From Longimicrobiales bacterium (GTDB taxonomy: Bacteria > Gemmatimonadota > Gemmatimonadetes > Longimicrobiales > Gaopeijiaceae): a stretch of 64,000 bases of DNA. Numbering within the stretch: position 1 is the stretch's first letter; each line of letters starts with the position of its first letter. The translations under genes were made by a program, and so were the position numbers. The notes under the pieces were generated by a model, which was given only the letters and a program-made list of their open reading frames with translations, was not told where the DNA came from and did not search any database. Below are positions 49,210 to 59,444 of the stretch, in pieces. The DNA is taken from positions 1 to 64,000 of the forward strand of contig CAXXKM010000001.1 of assembly GCA_963664435.2 (NCBI GenBank). The letters run 5' to 3'.

Positions 49210-50724
49210 TCAGGCCCGCAGGCAGTTGTCGCAGGTCCCGCAGTTGGCCGAGTCCACGCTGTCGCCGAAGTATCCGAGGATGCGGGCGCGGCGGCACCCG
49301 CGGGTGCGGGCGTAGCGCTCCACCGCGGCCAGCTTGGCCACCTCGGCGTTGCGGCGTTCGCGCAGCGGGCCCAGGGGGAGCCGGCGGACGTGCGGTCGCA
49401 GGTCGATGTGGAGGGTGTCGCCGGGCTGCTCGGGAGGATCGTCGCGCAGGTGCACCACACGGCAGGCCGCCAGCGCGCGGGCCAGGGCGCCCACGTTGGT
49501 GGCGGTCAGCGGGGTGCCGTTGCGGGCGCGCAGTTCGTCGACCGACACCCTGAGCCGTGTCCGTCCGGCCGCCCGGCGCCGCAGATCGCGCCAGAAGCGG
49601 CGCACCGCGCGCGGGGGCGGGTAGCTGTGGTCAATGAAGGCCATCTGGCCAGCGCGGTCGCCGTTCGACCACAACGCCAGGCAGTGCGCGGTGCCGCCGT
49701 CGCGACCGGCCCTGCCGGCCTCCTGGTAGTACGCCTCCATGGTGCGCGGGAGCTCGTGGTGGATCACCAGGCGGACGTCGCTCTTGTCGACCCCCATGCC
49801 GAAGGCGTTAGTGGCGGCCACGAGCGGGGCCTCGCCGGCCATGAAGGCGTCCTGCACGCGGGCACGCTCGGCCGCCGGCAGTCCCGCGTGGTAGGCCTCG
49901 GTGGTGTGGCCCAGGGCAGCCAGTTCGTCGCGTACGCTCTCCACCCCCTTGCGGCTGCCGGCATAGACGAGGGTGACGCCGGGGCGGTCGCGCACCAGGG
50001 TCCGCAGCCGCTCCCGCTTCTCCTTCCACGACCGGGCGTGCTGCACCCCCCACACCAGGTTGGGACGGTCGAAGCCGCCGACCACGGTGACCGGATCGGC
50101 CAGCCGCAGCCGGGCGATGATCTCCCGCCGGGTGCGCGGAGTGGCGGTGGCGGTGAGGGCGATCATGGGCACGTCGAACATCCCGCGCAGGCGCCCGAGG
50201 CGCAGGTATGCCGGACGGAAGTCGTGCCCCCACTCGGAGATGCAGTGGGCTTCGTCGACCGCAAGCAGGCTCACCCGCAGGCGCGGCAGCAACTCGCGGA
50301 ACGAGCGGCTCTCGAAACGCTCCGGCGCGACGAAGACGACGCGCAGCGCCCCCTCGACCAGCTGCGCCTCCACCTTGTCGCGCTCCTCCCGGGAGAGCGT
50401 GGAGTTGAGGAAGGCGGCGGGAATGTCGGCTTCGCGGCAGCGCATCGCCTGGTCGGCCATGAGCGATACCAGCGGGCTGACCACGACCGTGGCGTGGGGG
50501 AGCACGGCGGCCGGCACCTGGTAGCAGACGCTCTTCCCTCCCCCGGTCGGGAGGATGCCGAGCGCGTCGTGGCCCTGCAGCACCGCGCGCACGAGCACGT
50601 CCTGTCCCGGCCTGAAGCCGGGATAGCCGAAATGATGCTTGAGGGCATCAAGCGCGATGCGGTCCGCTTCCTCCCTGTCCGGGACGGGAAACCGTATCGC
50701 CGAGGTTGGTGCCGGAGCCGCCAT
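49210..50724 (-). CDS. recQ: RecQ-family ATP-dependent DNA helicase (no HRDC domain)
   Basis: FRPGQ, PTGGGKS, DEAHCISEWGHDFRP, TATAT, YYQEAGRAGRDG, CRR..CGTCDNC. Confidence 0.92.
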   Translation of the reverse strand: MAAPAPTSAIRFPVPDREEADRIALDALKHHFGYPGFRPGQDVLVRAVLQGHDALGILPTGGGKSVCYQVPAAVLPHATVVVSPLVSLMADQAMRCREADIPAAFLNSTLSREERDKVEAQLVEGALRVVFVAPERFESRSFRELLPRLRVSLLAVDEAHCISEWGHDFRPAYLRLGRLRGMFDVPMIALTATATPRTRREIIARLRLADPVTVVGGFDRPNLVWGVQHARSWKEKRERLRTLVRDRPGVTLVYAGSRKGVESVRDELAALGHTTEAYHAGLPAAERARVQDAFMAGEAPLVAATNAFGMGVDKSDVRLVIHHELPRTMEAYYQEAGRAGRDGGTAHCLALWSNGDRAGQMAFIDHSYPPPRAVRRFWRDLRRRAAGRTRLRVSVDELRARNGTPLTATNVGALARALAACRVVHLRDDPPEQPGDTLHIDLRPHVRRLPLGPLRERRNAEVAKLAAVERYARTRGCRRARILGYFGDSVDSANCGTCDNCLRA

Positions 50725-50897
50725 GGACCCGAAAGCTCGCCGTGGGACCGGGGCGCCTCCATGGCGGGAGGGGACGATCGGAAGGCGGGAAGCGGTGCCT
50801 GGTCCGAGGGCAGCCTCTATACTGAATGCCGCTGCTCGCGCCCGGACTCGCTGCCCGGGCCGGCCAACAGACGAAGGCTTTCGACCGAGGAGGGGCC

Positions 50898-52154
50898 ATG
50901 CTGCATCGAACCATCCGGACCCGCATGCTGCCGAGCGCAGGAATGGCCGCCCTGGCGGGCGTTGTGGCCTGCGGACAGGATTCCGGAGAGAGCGCTGTCG
51001 GCGACGGCGAAGCCCAAGTAGCTCTAAATGGCGCCGAGGCCGCCACCGCCGTCCACTCCTCGGCCCGCCACGATTTCCGCGTGGTTACGGTCGCCGACGG
51101 CCTCGACCACCCCTGGTCCCTGGCGTGGCTGCCGAGCGGCGAAATGCTGATCGTCGAACGCCCGGGCCGCCTGCGCATCGTGCGCGACGGCGTGCTCCAG
51201 CCGGAGCCGGTGGCGGGTTTGCCGACCGTCTACCGGGACGAGGGCCAGGGGGGATTCATGGACATTCTCCCCCACCCCGACTTCGCCGGGAACAACTGGC
51301 TCTACCTCAGCTACGGGAAGCCCAACGAGGACGGGTCGGCAGGCACCACGACGGTGGCGAGGGGGCGCTGGGACGAGGGCCGGGTCACCGACGTCGAGGA
51401 GATCTTCGAGTCCAGCGCCTGGCACGACAACAACAACCACTTCTCCGGGCGCATGGCCTTCGGCCTCGACGGATACCTGTACCTGACGGTGGGCGACCGC
51501 ATGTTCGAGCCCGACATGATGGCCGACCACCCGGCGCTGGACGTGACCAATCACATGGGCACCATCGTGCGACTGCACGACGACGGCCGGGTGCCGGACG
51601 ACAACCCCTTCGTGGGGCGTGGCGACGCGCTACCCGAGATCTGGAGCTACGGGCATCGCAATCTGCAGGGCCTCGCGGTGGATCCGGGCACCGGGGACGT
51701 CTGGTCGAACGAGCACGGGCCCCGGGGCGGCGACGAGCTCAACCTGATCGTGAGCGGCGGGGACTACGGCTGGCCGGTGGTCTCCCATGGCATCAACTAC
51801 GACGGCACGGTCTACACGACGGAGACGTCCGGGGACGCGGTGGAGTCTCCGCGCTTCGTGTGGACCCCCTCCATCGGCATCTCCGGCATGATGATCTACC
51901 GTGGGGACGCGTTCCCCTGGTGGAGAGGCAGCGCCTTCGTCGGGGGCATGGTGGGCGAGCAACTCGCGCGCGTCATCCTGGAGGGCACCGACGCGCTCGG
52001 CGTCGAGACCTTGCTGCACGGCGAACTGGGCCGCATCCGGGACGTGCGCGAGGGTCCCGACGGGCTCATCTACCTGGCCCTCGAGCACGCGGAGGAGCTT
52101 ACCGCGGTGGTGCGCCTGGAGCCGGTGGCGAGCGATGTGATGCCTCCGGGGTAA
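50898..52154 (+). CDS. PQQ-dependent sugar dehydrogenase (GSDH/YliI family) lipoprotein
   Basis: GLDHPW, ERPGRL, GQGG, PDDNPF, EIWSYGHRNLQG, EHGPRGGDELN, RIRDV; GAGGAGG SD; TATACT at 50818. Confidence 0.9.
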   Translation: MLHRTIRTRMLPSAGMAALAGVVACGQDSGESAVGDGEAQVALNGAEAATAVHSSARHDFRVVTVADGLDHPWSLAWLPSGEMLIVERPGRLRIVRDGVLQPEPVAGLPTVYRDEGQGGFMDILPHPDFAGNNWLYLSYGKPNEDGSAGTTTVARGRWDEGRVTDVEEIFESSAWHDNNNHFSGRMAFGLDGYLYLTVGDRMFEPDMMADHPALDVTNHMGTIVRLHDDGRVPDDNPFVGRGDALPEIWSYGHRNLQGLAVDPGTGDVWSNEHGPRGGDELNLIVSGGDYGWPVVSHGINYDGTVYTTETSGDAVESPRFVWTPSIGISGMMIYRGDAFPWWRGSAFVGGMVGEQLARVILEGTDALGVETLLHGELGRIRDVREGPDGLIYLALEHAEELTAVVRLEPVASDVMPPG

Positions 52155-52228
52155 CGCTTGCCGGTGCCGGAGAGGATGCGGCGCCGGAGGGCATCGTCCT
52201 CCTCCGATGACGCCCGCGATTCATCTCT

Positions 52229-53344
52229 TCATCCCGGAAAACCGCTCGCCGGCATGTTGGGGATGATGCGGAGCGCATTCGCGTAATACACCTTGCGCAG
52301 CACGTCGTCCGGGAGCCCCATGCCGTAGAGTTTCCAGAAGGCGTGGTAGCCCCGGTAGTAGTCGAAGTACTCGTCCTCGGTCTCGAAGACGCGCCAGTAG
52401 TAGGGATACTCGTCGGGCTGGAAGGAATCCTTGCCGAACAGGATGCGGTCCTGGTACCTGACGAAGAAATCGCGCGCGAAGCGGGGCTGCCTCCCGAGGT
52501 CGTAGAGAACCGCGCCGACCTCGCCGTGGACGTTCGGGAAGCGGTCGAAGAGGTCGCCCAGGCGGGCGAGATCCTGGGTGTGCCATCCCATGTGCGCCAG
52601 CACCCAGGTCGTGTTGGGATGCTTCGCCAGCATGCGGTCGCGCTCGGCCATCAGCTCCTCGAACGATGGGAAGCGCGCGCGGTCGAAGAAGCGGCGGTTG
52701 GGGAAGATGGCCAGCTCCAGCCAACGTTCGTTCTCGTAGTCGAGGGGCTGGAAGAACTCGGCGGGATCGGCCGTATGGACGAAGACCGGGATCCCGAGGC
52801 GGGCGGCGGTCTCCCACACGATGTCCAGCTCGGGATCGTCGAGTTGCAGCCGGGTGCCGTCGGCCTTGCGGGTGGTGAGCCCGAACTGCTTGCCGATTTC
52901 GCCGATCCCCACTGCGCCGGCGCGCACATCCTCCTCCAGCTGGGCCGCGATTCGTGCGCCCGAGCCCGGCCCGACGTCCCTCAGGTTCAGGGTGGTGAAG
53001 AAGACGAAGCGATCCGCGTGGCCCGCAGCGCGCACGGCTTCGATCTGCCGCGTGAGGCGGCTGCCCGAACTTCCGCGCGCCTGGACGATGACCTGGAGGT
53101 TGAGCTCGTCCATCGCGGCTACCACCCGCTCGATGGTGGCCGGGTCGTCGAGCGACGGGGGATGCCCGTGGAAGTCCACCGCCGGGAATTTCGCCCGCGG
53201 CACGGGGTTCTCCGGGACCACAAGGGTGGAGCGCGGCTGATACTCGACGATGCTCGGGGGTGGGAGGGTCGGCCGGCGGTCCTGGCAGGCGAGCGACGCC
53301 GGAAGGACGGAAAGGACGGCGGCGATCAGTGGGATTCGGCGCAT
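52229..53344 (-). CDS. Amidohydrolase_2 family lipoprotein
   Basis: SLA-C lipobox, DFHGH, VHTADP, AHMGW, QDRILFGKD, KVYYANA. Confidence 0.85.
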   Translation of the reverse strand: MRRIPLIAAVLSVLPASLACQDRRPTLPPPSIVEYQPRSTLVVPENPVPRAKFPAVDFHGHPPSLDDPATIERVVAAMDELNLQVIVQARGSSGSRLTRQIEAVRAAGHADRFVFFTTLNLRDVGPGSGARIAAQLEEDVRAGAVGIGEIGKQFGLTTRKADGTRLQLDDPELDIVWETAARLGIPVFVHTADPAEFFQPLDYENERWLELAIFPNRRFFDRARFPSFEELMAERDRMLAKHPNTTWVLAHMGWHTQDLARLGDLFDRFPNVHGEVGAVLYDLGRQPRFARDFFVRYQDRILFGKDSFQPDEYPYYWRVFETEDEYFDYYRGYHAFWKLYGMGLPDDVLRKVYYANALRIIPNMPASGFPG

Positions 53345-53692
53345 CGTGGGCGCTCCGGGGTTCGAGGGCTCATTCCCCGGGGGGCGCAGGAGCGAGCCCG
53401 GACACGGCGCACCGGCCGCCGGCCACGGCATCTCGCTGGCCCGGGGAGAGGGTCTACTAAACTCGGGGAGTTGGCGGCGCCAGCCAATGCCCGCCATCGG
53501 CTCGAACAGTGGCAGACAACAAGGACCGCAGGAATCGCGTCCTTGATTGTCGGAGGGGGAAGGAGAATGATGTAGCTCCGCGTCTTGCGAATTGTGCAAG
53601 CGACGTCTGCAAGCGGTTGAGCGCGTCGGTCGGGCGAAGGGCCGGACCGGTCCCGCCACCGGCGGCCGGCCGCATCCATGGGGAGGCCGGTC

Positions 53693-54745
53693 ATGTCCTG
53701 CGATTTGCTCCATCGACTTGGCTGGGTGCCGGTCGCGCTGGTCTCACTCGGCTGGTTCGCGTCGGCCGGGGCGCAGGAACACACGATCATCGCGCTCAGC
53801 CACACCGACTTTACGGCCTATGAGCTCGACCCCGCGACGGGCCGGATCGTCAACCGCTTCACCGCCGAGAACCAACCCCATGAAGCGGTGGTTTCGCCCG
53901 ACGGCGGCACGATCTTCGTGACGGTCCCGCGGGACCCGCCGTACGTCACGATCCTGGACGCGGCCGGTTTCGAGGAGATCGGGAGAATCGAGTCGGAGCA
54001 TTTTCACCGTCCCCCGGAGGAAGGAGAGCCCGGCACCGAGCCGAACACGTCCGCGCTCCCGCATGGCATCGCCCTGAACCGTGACGGCAACAAGCTCTAC
54101 ATCGGCGTCGAGGGGGGCGAGGTGCCGGGGATGGTTGTGTATGACGTCGGACGCGGCGCAGTGAGCAGGAAGATCGACCTCCTCCTCGAGGGGGGACACT
54201 ACCTGGCGCTCGACCTGGGCACCGACAAGCTGTACTACCCGCACCGCGACGACGACCGGGTCGTGGTGATCGACACCCGCACGGACGAGATCGTGAAGAT
54301 CATCGAGGTGCCGGGGGGCCCGGTGGGCGTGGCCTTCACGCCCGGCGGCGAGGCGTGGGTGCATTCCGACTACGACGGCACCGTCACGGCGATCGACACC
54401 TCGACGGACGAGGTGGTCGCGAGGTTGGACACCGGCGGCCAGGGCGCCGGCCGGATCGCGGTATCGCCCGACGGCAGGTTCGCGGCTTCCACGCGGAACG
54501 AGACCGGCAACGTGGTGCTGATCGACATCGAGAAACGCGAGGTTGCCGGGCAGGTTGCGCTCGGCCCCGGGCCCGGATTCCCGCTCTTCGCGCCCGACAG
54601 CCGCACGCTCTACGTGATGGTCCGCGGGGAGGGCGAGGTTGCGGTGATCGAGCTGGACGGGGACGGCGCCGGCCATCTCGCCGCACGGCATCCCGCGGGA
54701 GAGACCCCCTTCGGCGGGACGCTGCGTTACCTGGGCGGGCGCTAG
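53693..54745 (+). CDS. YncE/YVTN-type beta-propeller exported protein
   Basis: Signal ending AGA-Q; repeats PHE..SPDG, PHGIAL..DG, PVGVAFTPGG, IAVSPDG; GGAGG SD. Confidence 0.8.
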   Translation: MSCDLLHRLGWVPVALVSLGWFASAGAQEHTIIALSHTDFTAYELDPATGRIVNRFTAENQPHEAVVSPDGGTIFVTVPRDPPYVTILDAAGFEEIGRIESEHFHRPPEEGEPGTEPNTSALPHGIALNRDGNKLYIGVEGGEVPGMVVYDVGRGAVSRKIDLLLEGGHYLALDLGTDKLYYPHRDDDRVVVIDTRTDEIVKIIEVPGGPVGVAFTPGGEAWVHSDYDGTVTAIDTSTDEVVARLDTGGQGAGRIAVSPDGRFAASTRNETGNVVLIDIEKREVAGQVALGPGPGFPLFAPDSRTLYVMVRGEGEVAVIELDGDGAGHLAARHPAGETPFGGTLRYLGGR

Positions 54746-54934
54746 CCGGGAACCCACCGCGGCGGGCGGGCCATCGTCCGGGGCGCGCCGAGTCGGCGGA
54801 GTTGGCCCGGTGCGGGAGACCCGTGCCATGTTGCGGGTGACCCGGCGTCGCCATGTTGGGGGTCACCTCGCTTCCCGGGCTTCCCGGACGCCGGGAACGG
54901 CCGGTCCAGGTCCACCGCAGCGCAGGAGATCGTC

Positions 54935-56017
54935 ATGATCAGATCGTCGTTGGCACGGAGCGCGTTCGCCTCGTTGTTGTCTCCCCTGCTGCTCGCGGTT
55001 GCGTCGTCCGGCTCGGCCCAGGAGCCGGTGACCTGGGGTGCGGACCTGGTGTTCAACACCTTCTCGATCGTCGGCATCGACCCGGAGACCGGCGAGTCCG
55101 GGGTGGCGGTGACCACGCGCGTGGCGTGCGTCGGCAACGCGGTGCCGTGGGTGCGGCCGGGGGTAGGCGCCGTGGCGACCCAGGGTGGCACCCGGCTCGA
55201 GTACGGCCATGACCTCCTCGATCTGCTGGAGCAGGGCGTGGCGCCGCGGGAGGCGATGGATCGCGTGGTGGCGGCGGATGAAGGCCGGGAGCGCAGGCAG
55301 GTCGGCGTGATCGACATGCAGGGCCGGTCGGCCCAGTGGACCGGATCCGGCCAGTACGGGGCCGAGGACCGGGGCGACTGGGTCTTTGAACGCACGGGCC
55401 TCAACTACGCCGTGCAGGGCAACTCGCTGGTGAGCACGGCCGTGGTGGACTCGGTCGCGGTCGCGTTCGAGAGGACGGAGGGGTCGGGACGCCATCTCGC
55501 GGACCGGCTGATCGAGGCCCTGTACGCCGGCCAGGTGCTGGGCGGGGACGGGCGCCACGGCCGCACGCAGTCGGCCGCGGTGCTGGTCGCGGATCCCCGG
55601 CCGGGCATGTCGCGCCGTCAGGACGGGGTCACAACCGACATCAACGTGTGCGAGCATCCGGAACCGATAAGGGAGGTGCGGCGCATCTACGACACCATCT
55701 CCGAGACACTCGGTTTCCGTAACCTCCAGCACTTCTCGGGGCGCGACATCCTCCAGCTCAAGGTGATGCTGCACGCGCTGGGGTACTACAGGCCGGAATC
55801 GTCGCCTCCCTCCATGGAGACGACGGACGCGCTCCTCTACGACCGCGAGACGGTGGAGGCCGTGGACGCCTTCCGCGCGGCTCAGGCCTGGCAGACCTCC
55901 GTGCCCGGCTGGGTGGACGCGAACACCATCGCTCGGCTGTGGGCCCGGCTGGAGGAGGCCGGCGTCGCCGGAGAGGTGCGCCAGCGGATGCGGGAGATGG
56001 TGCGGGTCAGGCGGTAG
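54935..56017 (+). CDS. DUF1028 (Ntn-hydrolase-like) protein with C-terminal peptidoglycan-binding-like domain, exported
   Basis: TFSIV..GVAV..VPW..GVGAVATQ, RQVGVID, QGNSL, GGD.R..QSAA; C-terminal L..LGY..AVDAFRAAQ..G.VD..T. Confidence 0.85.
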   Translation: MIRSSLARSAFASLLSPLLLAVASSGSAQEPVTWGADLVFNTFSIVGIDPETGESGVAVTTRVACVGNAVPWVRPGVGAVATQGGTRLEYGHDLLDLLEQGVAPREAMDRVVAADEGRERRQVGVIDMQGRSAQWTGSGQYGAEDRGDWVFERTGLNYAVQGNSLVSTAVVDSVAVAFERTEGSGRHLADRLIEALYAGQVLGGDGRHGRTQSAAVLVADPRPGMSRRQDGVTTDINVCEHPEPIREVRRIYDTISETLGFRNLQHFSGRDILQLKVMLHALGYYRPESSPPSMETTDALLYDRETVEAVDAFRAAQAWQTSVPGWVDANTIARLWARLEEAGVAGEVRQRMREMVRVRR

Positions 56018-56139
56018 GAGCAGGCCCGGGGCGAAGCCGTCCAGCCTTGGGGCCGGGCATCGACAACCCGACACGCCGGCTCTTCACGCGGAGAACGTCG
56101 GGCTGCGCCGGTGAGGAGCGCGGGGACGCGGCAGTCCGG

Positions 56140-57804
56140 TCAGCGCTGCTCGCGGCGCAGCACCTCGCCCGGCCGCGCTCCCGTCACCGCCCCACCCTCG
56201 TAGACCACCGTTCCCCCGACCCACACGCGCTCGATCCCGGAGGACGTGAGGTGGGGTTCCGCAGTCGTCGCCCGGTCGATGACGGTCGCCGGGTCGAACA
56301 GCACCAGGTCGGCCGCCGCGCCCGCTTCCAGGGTGCCCCGGCCGGAGAACCCCATATGGGCCGCGGCCAGTCCGGTCATCTTGTGAACGGCCTCCTCGAG
56401 GGTGAGGCGCCTTTCCTCGCGCACATAGCGCCCCAGCACCCTCGGATAGGTGCCGAAGCCGCGCGGATGGGCGCCGCGCAGTCCGCCGTCGGAGGCGACG
56501 TTCGCGTGCGGCCAGGCCATCAGCGCGGCGATGTCGTCGACGGTCATGCTGGTCGCCACGATGCTTTCGCCCCCGTCCCTGCCCTCCGCGCGCGCGGCCT
56601 GCGACTCGGCAATCAGATCGAGGTAGGTAGTCACGGGATCCGCGCCGCGCTCCTCGGCGATCCGGGCCAGCGTCCTGCCTTCCAGTTCGGGGTCGGCCCC
56701 GAAGCGCCCGATCAGCATTCCTTCCGGAGCAACCAGCTCCTCCAGGGCGAAACGCGCGGCTTCCCGATCGGTGAAATCGCGCTGCGGGAAGAGGACGGTC
56801 ATGGTGGACTGCCAGTACTCGTAGGGGTAGACGTCCGCCGTGATTTCGAGGCCCCTGGCGCGCGCCGCATCGAGCCGCGCGAGGATCTCCGCCGCCTGCC
56901 CCCAGAGACCGCGGGCGGCCAGCTTGAAGTGCGAGATCTGGACGGGAAGGCGGGCGCGCTCGGCGATCCGGATGGTCTCCTCGACGGCTTCCCGCAAGCC
57001 GCGGTCCTCGCTCCGCATGTGCGAAATGTAGCGCCCGCCTCTCGCCGCCGCGGTCCCGGCGAGCGCAACCACCTCTTCGGTCGTGGAATAGATCCCGGGG
57101 TCGTACTCGAGTCCGGTCGAGAGCCCCAGCACGCCGCTCGCGAGTTCGGTGTCGAGCAGCGCCTGCATGGACGCGATCTCGTCGGGGGTCGCCTCGCGAC
57201 GGAAGTCGTCGCCCATGACCTGCCGGCGTAGTGTTCCGTGTCCGGCGTAGGAGGCCACGTTCACGGCTGCCGGGGCCGCCTCCAGTGCGGCGAAGAAGTC
57301 GGCGATCGGGAACGGCGATCCCCCGTCCTGCCCGACGACGATGGTCGTGATCCCCTGACTCACGGCGGCCAGCGCGGTGGGCTCGTCGAGGAGGCCTCCG
57401 TCGTGGTGGCTGTGTGTGTCGACGAACCCCGGCGCCAGCACCAGCCCCGAGGCGTCGTAGGCGCGTTCGCCGTCGCGGGGCGCGATGCCCGCCCCATCCA
57501 CCCCCTCGGCCACCACCTCGGCGATCGTCCCGCCGACGGCCCGCACGGATCCGGTGAATCCGGCGCGGCCGGTGCCGTCGACGATGGTGGCGCCGTGGAT
57601 CACGAAGGCGTCCTCGGCGTCCGGGACGGGCGCCCGATCATCGCCGCCGCAGGCGGTCAGCAGGAGAGCCAGGGCGGGAAGGATGCGCCTCGGCGGTCGG
57701 GAAACGCACAGCCGGAGCGCGCGGTTCGGGGACAGGGAGCGACCATGGGTCGGGGTGGGTAACCGGCGGTCCGCGCGGCCATCATCCTTTTCCTGGCGAA
57801 TCAT
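56140..57804 (-). CDS. N-acyl-D-amino-acid deacylase (D-aminoacylase) family lipoprotein
   Basis: PGFVDTHSH, QGITT..GQDG, GLSTGLEY, SHMRSE, ISHFK, DVYPY, HPRGFGTYPR; LLTA-C lipobox; start uncertain. Confidence 0.88.
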   Translation of the reverse strand: MIRQEKDDGRADRRLPTPTHGRSLSPNRALRLCVSRPPRRILPALALLLTACGGDDRAPVPDAEDAFVIHGATIVDGTGRAGFTGSVRAVGGTIAEVVAEGVDGAGIAPRDGERAYDASGLVLAPGFVDTHSHHDGGLLDEPTALAAVSQGITTIVVGQDGGSPFPIADFFAALEAAPAAVNVASYAGHGTLRRQVMGDDFRREATPDEIASMQALLDTELASGVLGLSTGLEYDPGIYSTTEEVVALAGTAAARGGRYISHMRSEDRGLREAVEETIRIAERARLPVQISHFKLAARGLWGQAAEILARLDAARARGLEITADVYPYEYWQSTMTVLFPQRDFTDREAARFALEELVAPEGMLIGRFGADPELEGRTLARIAEERGADPVTTYLDLIAESQAARAEGRDGGESIVATSMTVDDIAALMAWPHANVASDGGLRGAHPRGFGTYPRVLGRYVREERRLTLEEAVHKMTGLAAAHMGFSGRGTLEAGAAADLVLFDPATVIDRATTAEPHLTSSGIERVWVGGTVVYEGGAVTGARPGEVLRREQR

Positions 57805-58039
57805 CGAGCGTCCATCCCCCCTTCTTTCCGCGTCGGCACCCGCACGTCCGCGTCCGCCAGCGGTTTCGGGCCGCTGGATCCCGCCCCCCGAATCGCCTCC
57901 TGACCGCGGCGTCAAACATACCATCGAGGCGGCGAGCCGGATACGTGGAGCTGCCGTGGGTTCGGCGGGGTTATATTGGAAGTTTGGCGAGAAACCGGAA
58001 GTGCGAAACCGGAAGCGCGGCGATGCCGAGTGGGCGAAA

Positions 58040-59230
58040 ATGAACGAATCCTGGGAGAGGGGCGCGGGTTCAGGCGTCCTCGACTTTCTGCATGCCCGCC
58101 GTGACCGGATGCGCGATTTGCTGGAGCGGCTGGTCGAACTCGAGTCGCCCTCCATGATTGCCGCCTCCCAGAGCCCCGTGCAGGCACTTCTGCGCGAGGC
58201 GATGCGCGACATCGGGTACCGATCCCGGGTCCTCGCGGGGCGTACGACCGGGGGGACCCTGTATGCCTCTCCACGCGAGCGCCGACATCCGGCCCGCTAC
58301 CAGCTCATCCTCGGGCACACGGACACCATCTGGCCGGTGGGCACCCTCGAGGAGATGCCCATGCGGATGGACCGGGGGCGCCTGTATGGACCCGGCACCT
58401 TCGACATGAAGGCGGGCCTGGTTCAGGGCGTCTTCGCCGTGGAGGCCCTCATGCACTGCATCGGGGAACCCGAGGTCACCCCGGTCTTCGTCTACAACTC
58501 CGACGAGGAAATCGGCAGCCCGGATTCGCGGGAGCATATCGTGCGGCTGGCGATGCGCGCGGACCGGGCGCTGGTGCTGGAGCCGTCGCTGGGCCAGGAC
58601 GGAAAGCTGAAGACGACGCGCAAGGGAGGCGGAGATTTCACCGTCCACGTCACGGGCGTGGCGGCACATGCCGGGCTCGAACCCGAGAAGGGCGTGAGTG
58701 CGATTCTTGAGCTCGCGCACGTGACCCGGAAGCTGCACGCCCTCAACGACCCCGTCCGGGGTGTGAACGTCAACGTGGGGACCGTCGAGGGAGGGATTCG
58801 TCCGAACGTGATCGCGCCCGAGGCGAGCGCCGAGGTGGACGTGCGCGTGCCGACCCTCGCCGACGCTCGCCGGGTCGAACGAGCCATTCGCGCCATCGAC
58901 GCCACGGTCCCCGGCGCTTCAGTGGAGATCCGGGGCGAGATGGACCGTCCTCCCATGGAGCAGACCCCGGGCAACCGCCGGCTATGGGAACTGGCGCGGG
59001 AGGCCGGGGCGCAACTGGGGCTGGAGATGGAGGAGGCGGCTTCCGGCGGAGGATCGGACGGCAACACAACGAGCCTGCATACGCCTACGCTCGATGGGCT
59101 GGGCGCGGTGGGAGCGGGGGCGCACGCCAGCCACGAGCACGTGGTGCTGGAGCGCATGCCGGAACGGGCCGCACTGGTCGCGCTGCTGCTCGCGGCGCCG
59201 TCGATGCAGCCCTACGGGGCCGAGGCCTGA
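58040..59230 (+). CDS. M20 family metallopeptidase (carboxypeptidase G2-like)
   Basis: GHTDT, GPGTFDMKAG, SDEEIGS, RKG, AAHAG, GGGSDGN, DGLG..GAH..EH. Confidence 0.9.
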   Translation: MNESWERGAGSGVLDFLHARRDRMRDLLERLVELESPSMIAASQSPVQALLREAMRDIGYRSRVLAGRTTGGTLYASPRERRHPARYQLILGHTDTIWPVGTLEEMPMRMDRGRLYGPGTFDMKAGLVQGVFAVEALMHCIGEPEVTPVFVYNSDEEIGSPDSREHIVRLAMRADRALVLEPSLGQDGKLKTTRKGGGDFTVHVTGVAAHAGLEPEKGVSAILELAHVTRKLHALNDPVRGVNVNVGTVEGGIRPNVIAPEASAEVDVRVPTLADARRVERAIRAIDATVPGASVEIRGEMDRPPMEQTPGNRRLWELAREAGAQLGLEMEEAASGGGSDGNTTSLHTPTLDGLGAVGAGAHASHEHVVLERMPERAALVALLLAAPSMQPYGAEA

Positions 59231-59442
59231 GAACCCTCCCCGTCCTCGCCCTGGCGACGGATGCGCAGGTGGCGCAGCGCCAGTCCCGCCAGCAGGGCGG
59301 CCAGCGCGATCCAGATCATCCAGGCGATGTCGAGGAGCATCCCCGTCAGTCCCAGTCCCGCTCCCACGCACAACAGCGCGACGCGCAGGCGCAGATAACG
59401 GTCCTCGCGGGGTCGTGAGCGGCTTGCGAAGATGAACAGCAC
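59212..59442 (-). CDS. Small hypothetical membrane protein
   Basis: Two hydrophobic segments; starts 2 nt after the stop of the upstream hydratase. Confidence 0.5.
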   Translation of the reverse strand: MLFIFASRSRPREDRYLRLRVALLCVGAGLGLTGMLLDIAWMIWIALAALLAGLALRHLRIRRQGEDGEGSQASAP

Positions 59443-59444
59443 CG

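Noticed and set aside
53448..53464. GAGGGTCTACTAAACTC as a possible IS end
   Set aside because: No matching inverted copy or transposase found
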